The translations under genes and the position numbers were made by a program. Under the pieces are notes generated by a model, which was not told where the DNA came from, did not search any database, and was given only the letters and a program-made list of their open reading frames with translations. Positions 39,555-52,901 of a stretch of 64,000 nt of DNA are shown piece after piece. Location of the stretch: the NCBI GenBank assembly GCA_040954595.2, contig CM082582.2, positions 5,130,303-5,194,302 of the forward strand, read 5' to 3'. This DNA is from Balanoglossus misakiensis. Taxonomy: Eukaryota; Animalia; Hemichordata. The stretch's first letter is position 1, and the number at the start of each line of letters is the position of its first letter.

Positions 39555-42500
39555 CTGTGAATAGACAAAACGACAGCATTACAGCTACACTAATTATGCA
39601 AAAAGGTCTCTACGCAAATTTTTTCATCTATGAATCATCTCATAACACCAGCAAGACTTTCAAACTTGGTTATCTGTTAAAAACTTCACAGTCAGAGGAT
39701 AAATAACCTTTCCACGATTTCTCCAGAATTAAATTTCATTTCCCAGAGCTGGAATAGAGTTTCAAATTCCATGACTTTTCAGGAGTGTCGAAAACCCAGA
39801 GAGACTCCACAAAAAATTCTTATGTTAAATCTCACCTTTCTTCTCTTGATATATCAACTCCTGAAATTGGAGGTGAACTAATATTGGATTTTATAAGACC
39901 AGAAAAGCCCTTCATCACGATTTTGATGGCTTGACATCCAGTGTGAATGTAACTGAAAAACAAAATACATAACCCATCTTTTAACTCTGTCAAATATGCA
40001 GGATTGAATATTATAAAACATTTAATAAAAGAAAGGTTGAAAACTCAAGGTTTAATAAAAAAATATCAAAGTCGGCTATGAGTATTGTTTTATATAAACA
40101 TGCTCTACTTAAGAGAATATTAAACACAATAATGAATACTTACTTTTCATATTTACTTTCGATAAGTTCTTCAATCTTAGGAAGAAGCTGAACACAAAGG
40201 TCCAATGACCAGAGTGACCTGCGTAAAAATAAAACATCGTAATGAAACATTTGGCCAAGTGAAAAAAGGGGGGTCTGGGTCATGAGTTTATGTCTGTGTT
40301 TTTCCTTGCTTTGGTATGCTGCCAGGGTGATGAAATATTCAACAGTTTGCAACTTGACTCATGCTTTTTCTCCCCACAGCACCACCTAGTGGTGAACACT
40401 GGAAATGTTCATTTCCATGAGAAAGGCACGCTTGCCCAAAAAGCAAAGGATATAATAACTAAAAGATGTCAAATTGCTGGATTTGTTGTTTTCTCATTCT
40501 TCCTTTTCCACATTTCAGACATAGCACCAAGGTTTTGAATTCAAGACTTGATACTTACACTTTAAGACACATGACATTAAGTAAATCAACAGTAATGGCC
40601 AGATCATTCATGTTGATTGCCGATTCAACTGCTGTCTGTAAAACAAGAAAATAAATACTGTTTTATAGAAGATAATCCTTATAGAAAGGCAGAAAACTCA
40701 TCAAAGATGTATGCAAGTGTCACATCTCTGCTCTACAAACACACCAGAATGATACATACTTTAGTTTCACCTGTTGTCCAAATTGAGCGGACCACATCTA
40801 AATTCTTATATCTGCTGTTCATAACTGCACACATTGAATTGTGTCCCTTCTCTATCGCTCCTAGTACTTCGTCGTCGCTCATGCCTGGTTCGGTTGGTTG
40901 ATTGTTGACACCACCGGAGATGGGTCTGGCTGATGCAGGCTGTGCTTGTGGCTGTTTCTGTTCAAAGAAACATCATGAAGTTTTAGTTTACACTCAATCA
41001 GTTCAGTGTTTTGCTGTCGTCCGAGAGCATAAATGACCTCAAGTATAGTTTCTGTGAACCCTGGGATTTCCGTGGATGTTTTGTCCAAAGGTGACCAACA
41101 AGTGGTTAAATTCACTGGCTTACTCACTATAATGAATTTATCACGAGTTGACAACTCTTCACAGAAACACATTGCACTTTTTACTTAATCCAATATCCCA
41201 TTTGCAATTTAAAGTAATCTTGAGCCCAACAATAAATGGGTAACAAGTCCTCCCAGGGAAAATTGGCAGGAAATAGTTACCAAGTGAAACAAGGAGGCGA
41301 GAGAACTACCACTGAAATACTCACAGGAAGAAAGGCATTCATATCTAAGCCAACTGGTTTATCCCTGTCTGAAGGTACAACCGGTGCCTGTTGGGCTTGT
41401 GTGGCTGGTCGTGGAGGAGACACCTGTTTGGGCTGTGGTACTGGCTGACTCACTGGTTGGCTTGGTGGGGGCTGCACGCTTACTGGCACAGCCGCTGCGG
41501 GGCTGGGGTCATCCAGGGGTGCTGGAAATGGCGCTTTGCTTGTAGGAGAGTGTGCTGCAATTACAAAATGACATCAACAATTAAAGACAGAGTAATGTTG
41601 TGTGTGTACATTTTTTTTACAAGATTATACCACCCCAATGCATGTAGTCTTCTCAACAGTAGCTTACACCCAGCCTATTTTTTTGTTCATGAGTTCAAAA
41701 AGCATGGATGGGATAACTAGAAAGCGGTTTCTATCCCCCAAAAAACAAACTGTGACAGAGTGTGTGTGCATGTGTGTGTGACAGTGTTACAAGAATAAAA
41801 ATATAAACTAATAAATACATAGGTTAATTCTTGGTTGGAATATTTCTCTGTAATCATCAGGGTTTTGTATTTGTGCAAGTTCACTGCTTTCATCCTCCCC
41901 TTGATCTGCTGGGTCATCATTAGGTTCCTCTTTGATTTGTTGGCTGTAAAGGAAGAAGCATATATTCAAGGAGTCGTCAGTGTAGCCTTTAAAACTGATA
42001 CAGGTCTCTGGCGAAAAGTTGCTGATGTTAATCAGCTTTGTAAGGTTTACTGTGATTGGTCAGTTCGTTTTTCAACCAGGTGAATACTATTACATTCAGA
42101 AAATACATTAGCATCATAAATTTAAAATATGAATAAATGGCGACTCGAGACTTACTTTGCTTGTCCACATTGCGTGCGTGGTCTCTCTGTGACAAAGTTT
42201 TTTCTGTGTCCACTAGCTGTGAGTGGTGGTGGCGTGGGGAGGCTTGGTTGCTGTACTGAATGAGGTTCGGACATATTTGTTCTCTGAAATGCAATAAAGA
42301 ATGTTTGACTCTGCAAAGACTGTGCAGACGAAACACAATGAGGCTAATTAGGCACCATACCCGATATATGTTACGTCTTAGGCGGTTCTAAAGTAAAAAC
42401 ATACTCGGGGGAAAATCTTTTACTGGATGCCGAAATATTGCTTGTCCGTCACCTGGAAATGACAACGCTGTGGGTCGCATGGCCAGATCACGTGATTGAT

Positions 42501-45500
42501 AGTAAAGAATTGTGGGCTGGCGTTACAAGTTTTTACAGCTAAACCAACAAATGCAGACTGACAACTTACCGATAAATCTACGACATAAATTGAGACATTT
42601 GTCTGGTTATAACTAGCTCCAATTAATTGATTCGACGCCACGGCTATATCTCCAACCTTGCCCCATCCCATTGAATAAAAATCGTAGCTACGGGCAGGTT
42701 CCCAGCCATAGACACGGAGTGAGTCTTGGGCTCCACTGAATAAACAGTTACCCTCTGGATGGAAATGTATACACCTAGAAAGAGGCGGAAAAAAACACTA
42801 TTTTAACATATGCATCAACAATACGCAAGACCCAAGTAGGTTTTCGAAGCTACATTTTCAGAGGAGTTCATGATCTTCAAATCCCAACAGCATATTAGTC
42901 TGAATGATAAATTATTTGCATATTTTTATATTTGCAACATAAGGAAAATATTTTTGATTTATTTCATAATGTACATATTTCATTTGCAGGTGAATTTCAA
43001 CAGTAGTCACCATTACTTTTGACAAAGACAACATTTCCAATAGTTCACAGATTAAGCCCCTTATTCAGTCAGACTCATAATGACAGAATAACAATGAAGT
43101 GATTTCTCAAATGCAAAAAATTTTTCAGAAATAAAATTGGTAGGTCTTTGTTACAGATCTATCATTGCAATTTATTAATGATATGAGACAGCTTTGCAGC
43201 CCAGGCAGACGAAACTAAGAGGGTATGTCAAGCAGATTAGCAATCACTGCTGAAATGGTCACTATTAATATTGAACACCCAGAGGGTCATTGAGCTGACA
43301 TATACATCATCCTTGATACAGCAAGTGACTCAACACTACTGGTTCCGGATCAGTACATGTACGACAAGAAACAGCTAACGAGTACACTGACAATGTTCAT
43401 GTATCCAAATTTGAAGACAATCTAGTCTTCCAACAGTTTGTAAATGAACTGGTTCCAATACATTGTTATCTATGGGTGATTATGTAAGGAAATTCTGCAA
43501 AACTTGGCTTGCATCTCATAATTTCATGAATCATAAACAATATATATTTTATGACAGCTTGGGTGGCTAAATCAGTTTTGATTCACTTTCACAGAACTTT
43601 CATTGAGGACTTTTAGAGTGGGTTAACCTTTTCACCACTATGGTTCAGTCCAAACCCATTGTTTTCTATGGTAGGGTTGGACCTCTAAAGAGGGAACTGG
43701 GGGTGAAAGGATTCAAACTATTACAAAATTTTGGCACTTTCCAGGGGCATACAAAAAAATACACGAAAAAAAACCTTACCTAATGGGATTGGCTTCTTTA
43801 TCTGTTGAACCGACAAGCTTCATTGTTTCTAAATCCCAAAACTTTACAGTCCTATAAAATAACACAGATATTAAATTATGATTAGTATTAGATATGTCGC
43901 AGACACTGGAAACCACAGAATGTGTTCACAACACTACACACTTCACACAATTATTTCTTCGCAAATACTAATATTGGAATTGCATGCACAGCAAGTCACA
44001 CACTTAAACAATAAAAAAGACAAAAACAAAACAAAAAAGGGAAAAAATATATATGACGATGTACATACTTGTCACCTCCAGACAAACTAAAATAGCATTT
44101 ATTGCAAATGGGGCAAAGAAAAAAACAAAGCAAAAAATGTTTATATTCTTTCAATCGTTCAGTCATTCTAGTTCTACGTGACTGATTGCAATGACTCAGG
44201 ACCCATAAACTTGCAAATGATTTCCTAACATGCAAGAACGTTCTCTTTCAAAACACATAAAAAAACGTGATTGTTCATTCTTCCGGTTAAGTGTTTTCAG
44301 AAACCCGCACTATCAAATACAGTACAGGTTTTTCATACACAATTCTACAAAGGAACAGTAATCTTATAACTGATGAGCCGGATATTTTAATGTAGACACA
44401 CATGCATGTGTGTATACGTACGCACACAATTGTATGTACTTTCACTCACCTATCACCACTTCCAGTTGCAAGTAGAAATTCATTGGGATGGAATTCTATG
44501 TTGTTGACAGGCCCTTGATGTAATGTAAATTCATGTATTATTTTACCAGCTGTCAGGTCCCATAACTGTGTATAAAACATATGGTCATAAATCAGACATG
44601 AGAGCTACTTGATATCCAATACAAACTGATCCATCAAATTATGATGTAATTAACAGTGGGTCATATTATACAGGGTATGAATGACACAAATTGACTCTTA
44701 CTACATCAGAGTGGTTTATTTGTACAGTCCTTTTGGGACCTGGTCGTGTCTAAAAAATATTCTTGGCGTTGAATTTAGTCTGTTGACAGTTACATATCAT
44801 AATACACATTGTTTCTTTGTATTTACAGTGATGTATACTTAGGAAAGCTATGAACTTTATGTAATCAAAAAATCTGACATGCATGCTTGACTGCTAACTT
44901 CAATAAATCACATGACTGACTGGCTGGCAAGTCACAGATTAATTTGCATTCTGAGTCAGAGAGCACAGTAACATGTACTTTGATGATTCAACTCTGAAGG
45001 GAGGTGCCATACCTTAGGAGGAAGAACATTATTTGAGTGTCTGCTAATCATCACATCATTTCCCATCATGCAGGAGTAACCAGATTGATTTATAAAGGCA
45101 GGGCCCACACTTTGTGATATAATTACAGATCTGCCTTGACGAGGGCCATTCATTCAATTAGCAACGTTCAAATAAGAGTGTAATTAGTCATTGCATTCCA
45201 CACTGCTCAAGGCCTTCACTACACTGTTATTTTCCCTATCAACATTTCTATGAGTGATAAAAAAAGCGTGGGTTTGCACATGAAAAACAAATGCACTCTC
45301 TCACTGCCCTTTTTCCATTGATGTTTGATACAAGACACTGTTTATGTTATTCTACATGTGGATATATAGTGAATCAACGTTCGACCACACAAAACTTCCA
45401 TCCTGTTTGTAGGATATGAGAGTAAAAATCTTGCCAAAATGAATAAATGGCAGAGACCGATTATTAATTTTGGCGAGTTTTTCACTCTCGTGTCCACAAG

Positions 45501-48500
45501 TGGGAAGGAAGTTGTTTTGCATGCAGGAAGGACAAATGCAAACTCACCTTGACAGCGCCATCATCTCCAGCTGAAGCGACCCATCTGCCATCAGGACTAA
45601 ACCTGACACAGTTCACACAATTTGAGTGTCCCCTGTATGTAAATATACAACCCTTTCTTCGCACATCCCACAACTGAAATCAAATAACAGACACGATAAG
45701 TAAATTCTGAGTCATGAAAAAAATACATTTATCCTGATAAATTGTTAGCCACATTCAGTTGTATCAGAAATTCAATAGGACAGTTAACGAGATTTCTCAC
45801 AATATACACTATGAAAAGTGATCATTCTATTTTTAACCCTATGAATCCTGACTGCCCAGTGACCTATGACACCATTCAGTAGTTTTCTTCCGTGAAGGAA
45901 AACTTAGAACATTTGAGAAATAAATAATGATTTACAGTATCTTTGAATTATAGGGCAGAATTAGGAAACTTTAGTCGAAAAAGAGTGACTGTTGCCTTAT
46001 ATAACCAATGGTCATTTCAACAAAAAAATCAGCAAAACTGTAACTCAGATGAATTTCATAACAGCTGTATGAGAATGCATGATCTATGTAGGATTCTGGT
46101 GCATGCTGTGTTTGACAGGAAATAAGTCTATGAAGAACAATTGTGTACTGTAACATGCAGTGTCTGCTTGATAAATATAGAGACAGGAAAAGGTATCCAG
46201 TACAGACAAGTTTTCAGAAATGGCAAGGTCTGGTTTAGACAGATCTCAATGTATTGGCGCGCCAAGGATGTCGTAAGAAAAGGCGTGGTCAATTCTATAT
46301 GAAGGAAAATGACTTACTTTGATATTTGTGTCAAGCGACCCTGAAACAACAAATTCTCCGTATGGATGAAAATCTAGTGTCCTTATGCTAGATTTGTGGC
46401 CTGTAAGTGTTCTGACAACTGCAACAGAAATATTGCAATAAATATCATATGCTGTTAGGCTTGAAATCTCTGCTTAGTTTAGTCATTTTAATCCATTTTT
46501 AAGTCAGCATATACAGGAATAATTCAATATAGAAAAAGTTTCATTCATACATGTATGTGATGGTAGACGTGATATGTCCAGATCAGTTTAGGTTTAACAT
46601 TGCATCAGAAACAAAATATGAACCCTTGACAAATAAATGAACATACCTTTTTTGCAGAATATATTGCTGTAAATATCAAACTTTTCATTGTTTTAAAACT
46701 CAAAACATTATTACTTACTTTTTGCAGCTTCTAAATCCCAAATTTTCACAGTTCCTGACTGAGAGCCTGCAGCAACTAGTTCTTCACTGTTTCCAAACCT
46801 CACACTTTCCACAGGTGAGGTGTGACCAGACAAACTCTGTAATGAAGTGAATACGCAAACACTGGTGAGCTCAGACTGGTTGGGGGTCAAACGAGGTCAA
46901 TGCACTCTCAATACATCTTTTATTTGTTGGCAACTACCAGCCTATTATGCAGTCTTGGCATGGGGCAAAGTGTGGGAGTTAGTAGTGTGCTTTTAGGGGC
47001 ACAGTTCATCTAAATGTACCCTAGTTCTGGTAAACACCACAGGTTGCCCAGGATTATTAAGGCACAGCAATGTAAAGTCAATAGTCAGTTTACTTTCTGC
47101 GCTTACGACAACATTCATTTGGAACAAGATGACACAGCGTTATTTACTGACAGAGCTGTCAATACCAGGGACCCGCCACCAAATTGGAGGACAACTCACC
47201 ATAATGCAATTTGGCTTGCCAACAGCCCACATGTTGACTTTTCTGTCTTCCCCTCCAGTGACCATTACACGGCCGCTCTTGGATCCCAGTGCCAGGCAAT
47301 TGACATTGCCACCGTGGGCTACAAATTCCTCTGCAGTCAAGAAAACAAAAACAACAAAATCTTGTAATCTATATACTTTAGTAGAGCTTCACTGGTGTAC
47401 AAATATTAGTTGCCATTTCAAGGTTACTTAATACACACAACTAAAATATGAATCTGTAATTTTTGATAAATATGTTCAAAACAGTTTCATGAAAAACTAT
47501 GGGATCACGGTTAGTTGGTTAGTACTACATGTACATTGTAAAGAAGAATTGCTATATGTATCTTTATCGTTATTTACATGTATATTATTTTGCTAAAGGG
47601 GCATACGCTGCATTGCCGTACAGAAGACATTGTTTTTCTTTTAATGATTGTGATATTTTGATTTTGTTCATTTGCAAAACCTCCATGTTCTGATTTAGGA
47701 GTGCAATCATTGGTTTGAATGTTTGGGTTGTTTATGGTCAGGGTGATAGTGTGCCACAGGTGGTGGAATGTATGTACAAATGAAAATTATTTCATGTGAG
47801 CAGTATAATATTCCTGCAAGTTTGTAGTAGCAGATGCTAGCAGTACTGGTATTACAAGTAACATGTTCACACACCAGTATTTATTTGCAAAATGGTATTA
47901 TTATAAATTTTATCAGTAAAATTAGATATCTCATTAATATCTGTCTACCCTGATGTAGGCATCTAACTTCCCACGAAAATAGGTCAGCTCATGCCCAAAC
48001 ACTCGAGATTGTTCCTGTAATCGAGTGCCAAGTCAATAAAACAAGACCCAAAAACCCAACCCTTGTCTTTCACGCAAAAGGAAATATTGAATGCTAGTTT
48101 CTGATGCATGATGATCAGTATCAACAACGAAACGAGCAAATCATGTAAATCGATCGAAACCCTACACGATTGCGTTTGTGCTACTAGAACTTAGATATAC
48201 GGCGCTGATAAACATGTTTTTTTTTTTTTATATAAAGTTTCAAAATATGCCGTGCACGGTGAGGTGTGTTACATGGGACTTACACATCCATTGTAATGTA
48301 CATCTAGTAATCATATCGGCGCCTTTACCTGTCAAGTAGGGTGTCAACGTCATGTACCGTTAAACTTTTGTGTAATTTTACCGATGTGCATGATTGCCAT
48401 AATATGTTAAATCCGTTACTTTTCATTTGATCGATGATCGCATAAGCTATTTAATTCTGCAACACCTTTCAAACCCAACCAAACCACCATAAATACTCAC

Positions 48501-48531
48501 GTAACTTCCATGCTCGTTTCGTCGCCGCCAT
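39419..48531 (-). CDS. KATNB1: Katanin p80 WD40 subunit B1, whole gene, 16 coding exons, 1986 nt, 661 aa
   Basis: [16 protein letters not shown], six WD40 repeats, Pro-rich linker with YREIFQP, C-terminal con80 domain (LWSLDLC...SKYE...GVDISREER); all phases consistent. Confidence 0.96.
39836..39952 (-). CDS. KATNB1: KATNB1 exon 15
   Basis: [38 protein letters not shown]. Confidence 0.95.
40144..40218 (-). CDS. KATNB1: KATNB1 exon 14
   Basis: [24 protein letters not shown]. Confidence 0.95.
40559..40635 (-). CDS. KATNB1: KATNB1 exon 13
   Basis: [25 protein letters not shown]. Confidence 0.93.
40760..40957 (-). CDS. KATNB1: KATNB1 exon 12
   Basis: ...[41 protein letters not shown]. Confidence 0.92.
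41325..41554 (-). CDS. KATNB1: KATNB1 exon 11
   Basis: [15 protein letters not shown]...[19 protein letters not shown]. Confidence 0.9.
41819..41943 (-). CDS. KATNB1: KATNB1 exon 10
   Basis: QQIKEEP...[19 protein letters not shown]; weak donor gtattt but phase fits. Confidence 0.85.
42156..42283 (-). CDS. KATNB1: KATNB1 exon 9
   Basis: RTNMSEP...[20 protein letters not shown]; tttcag acceptor, gtaagt donor. Confidence 0.88.
42570..42774 (-). CDS. KATNB1: KATNB1 exon 8
   Basis: [26 protein letters not shown]...[34 protein letters not shown]. Confidence 0.95.
43627..43711 (+). mobile_element. 85 bp MITE copy C (KATNB1 intron 7)
   Basis: ttaa|ccttttcaccactatggttcagtccaaaccc...gaactgggggtgaaagga. 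Confidence 0.78.
43780..43851 (-). CDS. KATNB1: KATNB1 exon 7
   Basis: [23 protein letters not shown]. Confidence 0.94.
44450..44565 (-). CDS. KATNB1: KATNB1 exon 6
   Basis: [38 protein letters not shown]. Confidence 0.96.
45548..45673 (-). CDS. KATNB1: KATNB1 exon 5
   Basis: [42 protein letters not shown]. Confidence 0.96.
46318..46418 (-). CDS. KATNB1: KATNB1 exon 4
   Basis: [33 protein letters not shown]. Confidence 0.96.
46719..46836 (-). CDS. KATNB1: KATNB1 exon 3
   Basis: [39 protein letters not shown]. Confidence 0.96.
47200..47330 (-). CDS. KATNB1: KATNB1 exon 2
   Basis: [43 protein letters not shown]. Confidence 0.96.
48501..48531 (-). CDS. KATNB1: KATNB1 exon 1
   Basis: [10 protein letters not shown](Q); donor gtgagt. 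Confidence 0.93.
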
Positions 48532-49112
48532 TTTGCTTCCTTTCAGTGACAAGTCGGTTTATAGATTTTTTCCTATTTCGAATTTACCCGAGGACCAGGT
48601 ACGAAAATGGTACAATCCCACACTCTACATAAGAGCGCTATCCCTACATGAGAAGGTATGACGTTAAAGACAGGCTCTCTTCAAAAATTTGCTCCAAACA
48701 AGACACGGCAACTATTTCAGATACTTTTCCTCACATTCAATGTCTGTGTATTGCACGGACGATGAAATGTGATTGGTCAATCGAGTTGACATCTATTGTT
48801 TTGTCTACGGTCAAAACTGATAATGGCTATTGTCGTTTATATAATTGCCTTCCTTTTTTGCTTGCTTGGCGGTCACTTATACAAATATTTCCATGTATCG
48901 GTAAAATTTAATACCTCTAAACATAAAAAAGAAACAAGAGGAGAATTCCCATTAACCAATCAAGTAATCCGTCTCATATGAAATATCCGACCTTATTTCA
49001 AAGTGCGCATGACAGACTTATTTACCACTTCCTGGAGTCAAAGGTCAGAGAGCCTAGACAGTAATAACAAACACTAACAAACCGTTATCTCTTGCAAGTA
49101 TTCGCTCAGAAG
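48532..49112. promoter_or_regulatory. Bidirectional promoter KATNB1 / C8orf82 homolog
   Basis: Divergent ATGs 581 bp apart; locally CpG-retaining; YY1-like GCCGCCATTTTG over the KATNB1 ATG, CCAAT boxes ~48772 (rev) and ~48956, NRF1-like TGCGCATG ~49004, ETS-like CACTTCCTG ~49026. Confidence 0.75.
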
Positions 49113-49241
49113 ATGATCAGGTGGAAACATTTGATTCAGCATTCGAGAAGACAATGGTCTCGAAATGTACATTATGTACAGGGTCAGTCGCCGTCTCCTA
49201 AACTAAGAGAGTACTTTTATTACATCGATCATCAAGGACAG
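49113..49241 (+). CDS. C8orf82: C8orf82 homolog exon 1
   Basis: MIRWKH...REYFYYIDHQGQ; donor CAG|gttggt. Confidence 0.9.
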
Positions 49242-50325
49242 GTTGGTGCTAATGTACATGTATCTGCATTTGAAGGGTTTCGTAACTTGGGCCTAATGCT
49301 ACCAACATTGTATCTGGTTACGGGCCTAAAGCATGCACTGTCGGCCTGTATCTTTTATGGCTGATTGTTCATTGTTGTGTGCAAATAGCAAATGGAAAGA
49401 GTAATCAGAAGATTGTTTTGACACAAATTGTGAAAACAGAAATGAACCACAAAAGATTTATTAGGAGAGCGGGCTTAGCTATAATTTAAGGAATTTGTTT
49501 CATTTGCTTGAACTATGTTCTTTCTGTCCACAGCTGTTCTTAGATGACACCAAAGTGAAAAACTTTATCACATGTTTCAAAGGTAAGAAGCTTGAAATTC
49601 TAATTTGCCTAGTGCATAAGGTGTAGATAAAGTTTTACTTTTCCAGCTGCAGTAGTGGCACTAAGAGAGAAATGTCACACCAACAGACCAGTAAGATCAA
49701 GGTCTTTCGTTGAACAAGCAAGTGAAACAGACATGTCAGTGCTGTATGACACACACTAATTGAAAAGATGATAATTGAAGGATGGATTTCACCAAAGCTT
49801 GAAGAATTCATTAGCTATCACACATATTTTTTTTTTGTTTCAGAAAAAAAATTCTTAGCTTTCTTCTTCAGACAGTTGAAGGTCAACAGCAGCAATCGTT
49901 ACCGCCAAGATTTTCCGTACATCTCTCTTTGCGGAACTGAAGTCAACTACATCAGGTGCGATGACCGACCGATCGTGTATTCTCACATCCTACAAAAGAG
50001 TAACGAAGATGACCCCAATAGTACCACAGATGTGTTGAGCTACGGGGGTGCTGGTGACAAGCTAACGGTCAAATTCGAACCTGAAAAAATCTGCATGTTA
50101 CCCCATAGTGGGCGTATCTACCACCCAGCCAAGGCAAAAGTGGGCGGGGTCGGATTGATCAAGTCCAGTCTTGGCATTGAGATTAGCAAACACTTCGAGT
50201 TTGGAGAGGCTGGGGAATACGCCCCACCAACTCACTTCAACTGGAACGGCACGAGATACACTCTGACAAACGAACTGTGGGACTTGATGACTGAAGATGA
50301 AAAAAGTGAATTAAGGTCGTCCTGA
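49113..50325 (+). CDS. C8orf82: UPF0598 protein C8orf82 homolog (DUF4505): join(49113..49241,49534..49582,49844..50325), 219 aa
   Basis: YVQGQSPSPKLREYFYYIDHQGQ-LFLDDTKVKNFITCFK-EKKFLAFFFRQLKVN...FPYISLCG.E.NYIRCDDRPIVY...GRIYHPA...GGVGLIKS; Arg-rich N-terminus may be a mitochondrial presequence. Confidence 0.93.
49534..49582 (+). CDS. C8orf82: C8orf82 homolog exon 2
   Basis: cacag|LFLDDTKVKNFITCFK|gtaaga. Confidence 0.94.
49844..50325 (+). CDS. C8orf82: C8orf82 homolog exon 3
   Basis: tttgtttcag|; long open frame to TGA at 50323-50325. Confidence 0.94.
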
Positions 50326-50456
50326 TGTGCTGAAGAGGGAGTACATGTATACTAAAATCAAATCTTGTTATAGCTGGAGCTGAAAACAAGAAACAGATTA
50401 TTTACAATGTGCAATGTTTGTCGGGATACAACAGATTATTTCTTATGTCTGTAGCG

Positions 50457-50507
50457 AATAAAATGCTCCACTTCATCAGTGACTGTGATAAAAATAAGTG
50501 CTTTATT
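50457..50507. terminator. Convergent poly(A) signals of C8orf82 (+, 50457-50462) and possibly AKTIP (-, 50502-50507)
   Basis: AATAAA and TTTATT facing each other about 40 bp apart. Confidence 0.5.
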
Positions 50508-51497
50508 TCAAATTGCACACAAATGTGACAAGTAGCAAATTATCAAAACATTCTACAGTAGGTTTTTTTGGACAAAAGTCAAATTGGGATTTCAAAAAGG
50601 AATCCGTAGATAACGCTACTGTACAAAATGAGAAGAAACTGCGTGTGTCAACTTTGTTTTTAACATGAGGTGAATGTGATGGAGACCAAAGTGCATTTTA
50701 CAGTGTATACATGTATCTGTATATCTGAAAGTGTGTATGTGGGCCAAACACTGCTGGGCAGACACAGATCACCTTGCTGACAATGCACTGTAATGACTGA
50801 AGAGCACACTTGATGAAAAAAAGCACAAAACATCACAATTCCTCTAATAATAGTGACAGTCCCTCCATCTTGGAACGACCAGTATTTTTTTTACTTAATT
50901 AATCTTCAAGTCCTACAATCGCATGAAATAAAAACATTGAATCCCATCCCTCTTTACTGAAGCAGAAGAACATCATGTCAATTAAATAAATTGTCTCTAT
51001 GACCATGACGTGAACATTTTGTCTGCTTTCAAAAATCAAAATACATTTACCTGAACTGACCTCAATCATAATACGTAGTTACTGTTTTTATGTGAGTAAT
51101 GCTTGCGTTGATAGAAATATGGCAAAAATCATTATTTTTTTAATAAAATTTCATAATCGACATGATAGCACATAAATGATTGGACAATTTTTCACACATT
51201 AGCCATTGTATTCAAAATCACCAATTCAAAATAGAAATACTGTACAATATATACATGATATCATTTATCTTAAATTACTGTGATGTCTCGTACATCTTTG
51301 GTTAATTTCTGGCAGAAACTGCAGCTCTTCAGCTGGGGTTGAACTAATGGTCAGTCAAATAATATATGCTAAACATCTTAGTTTAAAAAAATTGCCTCTC
51401 CCTCTTTTTATAAATAATATTGATATATTTTCTCTAAAGTTTCTGGGGATAACTAACAAATCTGCTTGCTGGCATATCTATCGTTAAACACTGAAAA

Positions 51498-51511
51498 GCG
51501 CCCTCTCCAGG
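51498..51511 (-). promoter_or_regulatory. CTCF-like motif
   Basis: reverse complement CCTGGAGAGGGCGC. Confidence 0.35.
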
Positions 51512-52901
51512 TCATGTTGATTTTTTGGCTCGTCCACTGTGTGGTAGCGCTGTGCTGATTCATGGTGACATATCAATAGGTAAATCCGAAAATAGGAATG
51601 GACAACGGTACATGTAAAATGGCCAAATAAATATGCAATACCTATATACGTATTCAACTATGTGGGTTTATACTGCTATCACATGATATTTTGAGCTTTT
51701 AGTGTCTACAGCACGCCGCAGTACATTTTATTCCAAAGGCCTATTACTCAGTGTAACCTATATAAACTACATATCTTATACATTCCGTGTTAATTTCTCA
51801 AAAGCCTGAGTTTCAAAGTGTCTTTACTTGGCAACATGACTTGCCTTTTTCCACATCGTCATAAGTGCACATGAAAAATGTTTTGTCTCACAATGACAAT
51901 TGTACACCCATAGAACACAACGCAGCATACAGATGATCCTCAAAGGATTTAAAGCTAAAAAAATGAAATATCCAAAATTTCTGTTTTTCTCCACTCAAAA
52001 ATAAATATGTCCATCAGAGAAAGACATTTGGTTTTCCTTAAATTTTCGAATATCCAATAAAGAAGCCTTCGGAATTTCTCAAAAATATTGTTTTCGTCCT
52101 GATTTGCAGATTCTATATTCAAATGCCAAATGCACCTGGTACGAATAACATTTAAATTTCAACATCAACAAGTGGTGAACATTCATGGTTTGGGGTTATC
52201 AGAACTATCTCTACATGTCACGCCGATCATTGCACACAGGACTATGCACCATTGAACTTGGGTTGAATCCAATCGTAATACATGTATAATAATATGATAT
52301 GATTGTTCTTCAACTTGAAGAAATGTAGGCATATGATCCATTGAGTAAGCTTTGAATACAACAGACCACAGATATGGGTGATACAATATCTTGACAAATC
52401 TAATATTTGCCAGAATTTCAGTCAAATTCACCATAATTTCTGATTCTGTTACACCAAGGTAAATTTGACTCAACACATATTTGCCTCTGGCAGAAACATC
52501 AATGCTCCAATTTACTGAAAAGTCCACTGGGTTGAATATTCTTGACAGCCAAGGAAAAGATCATCACTGTTTGATCCAAGTGGCATGCATGGTATATACA
52601 TGGTATGTATTTGACCTGTAGAAAGTCAATATTCTTTTCTGTATGGACCATCCGATTTATAATACATGTCACATCAAAGAGTCAATATTTCTCCTGGATC
52701 CATCCACCGTGTACAGCAACAGACAGTGAGTCTTCATTACGCGTAAATCCAAAACGAAGATTTCATATGCGCCTGGCACATATTGGTTCACTCAAGGTAT
52801 GGAGCACGACAAAAAGTACAGCGTCAATTCACCTGAACAGTTTTTGCAGAAAAGCGAAGAAGCAGAATGTGTTGAACTGTGGCATCAACCTGTTGACGGC
52901 T

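Noticed and set aside
49768-49843. N-terminus of the 185 aa ORF-track call
   Set aside because: Intronic; the true exon starts at the acceptor at 49843/49844
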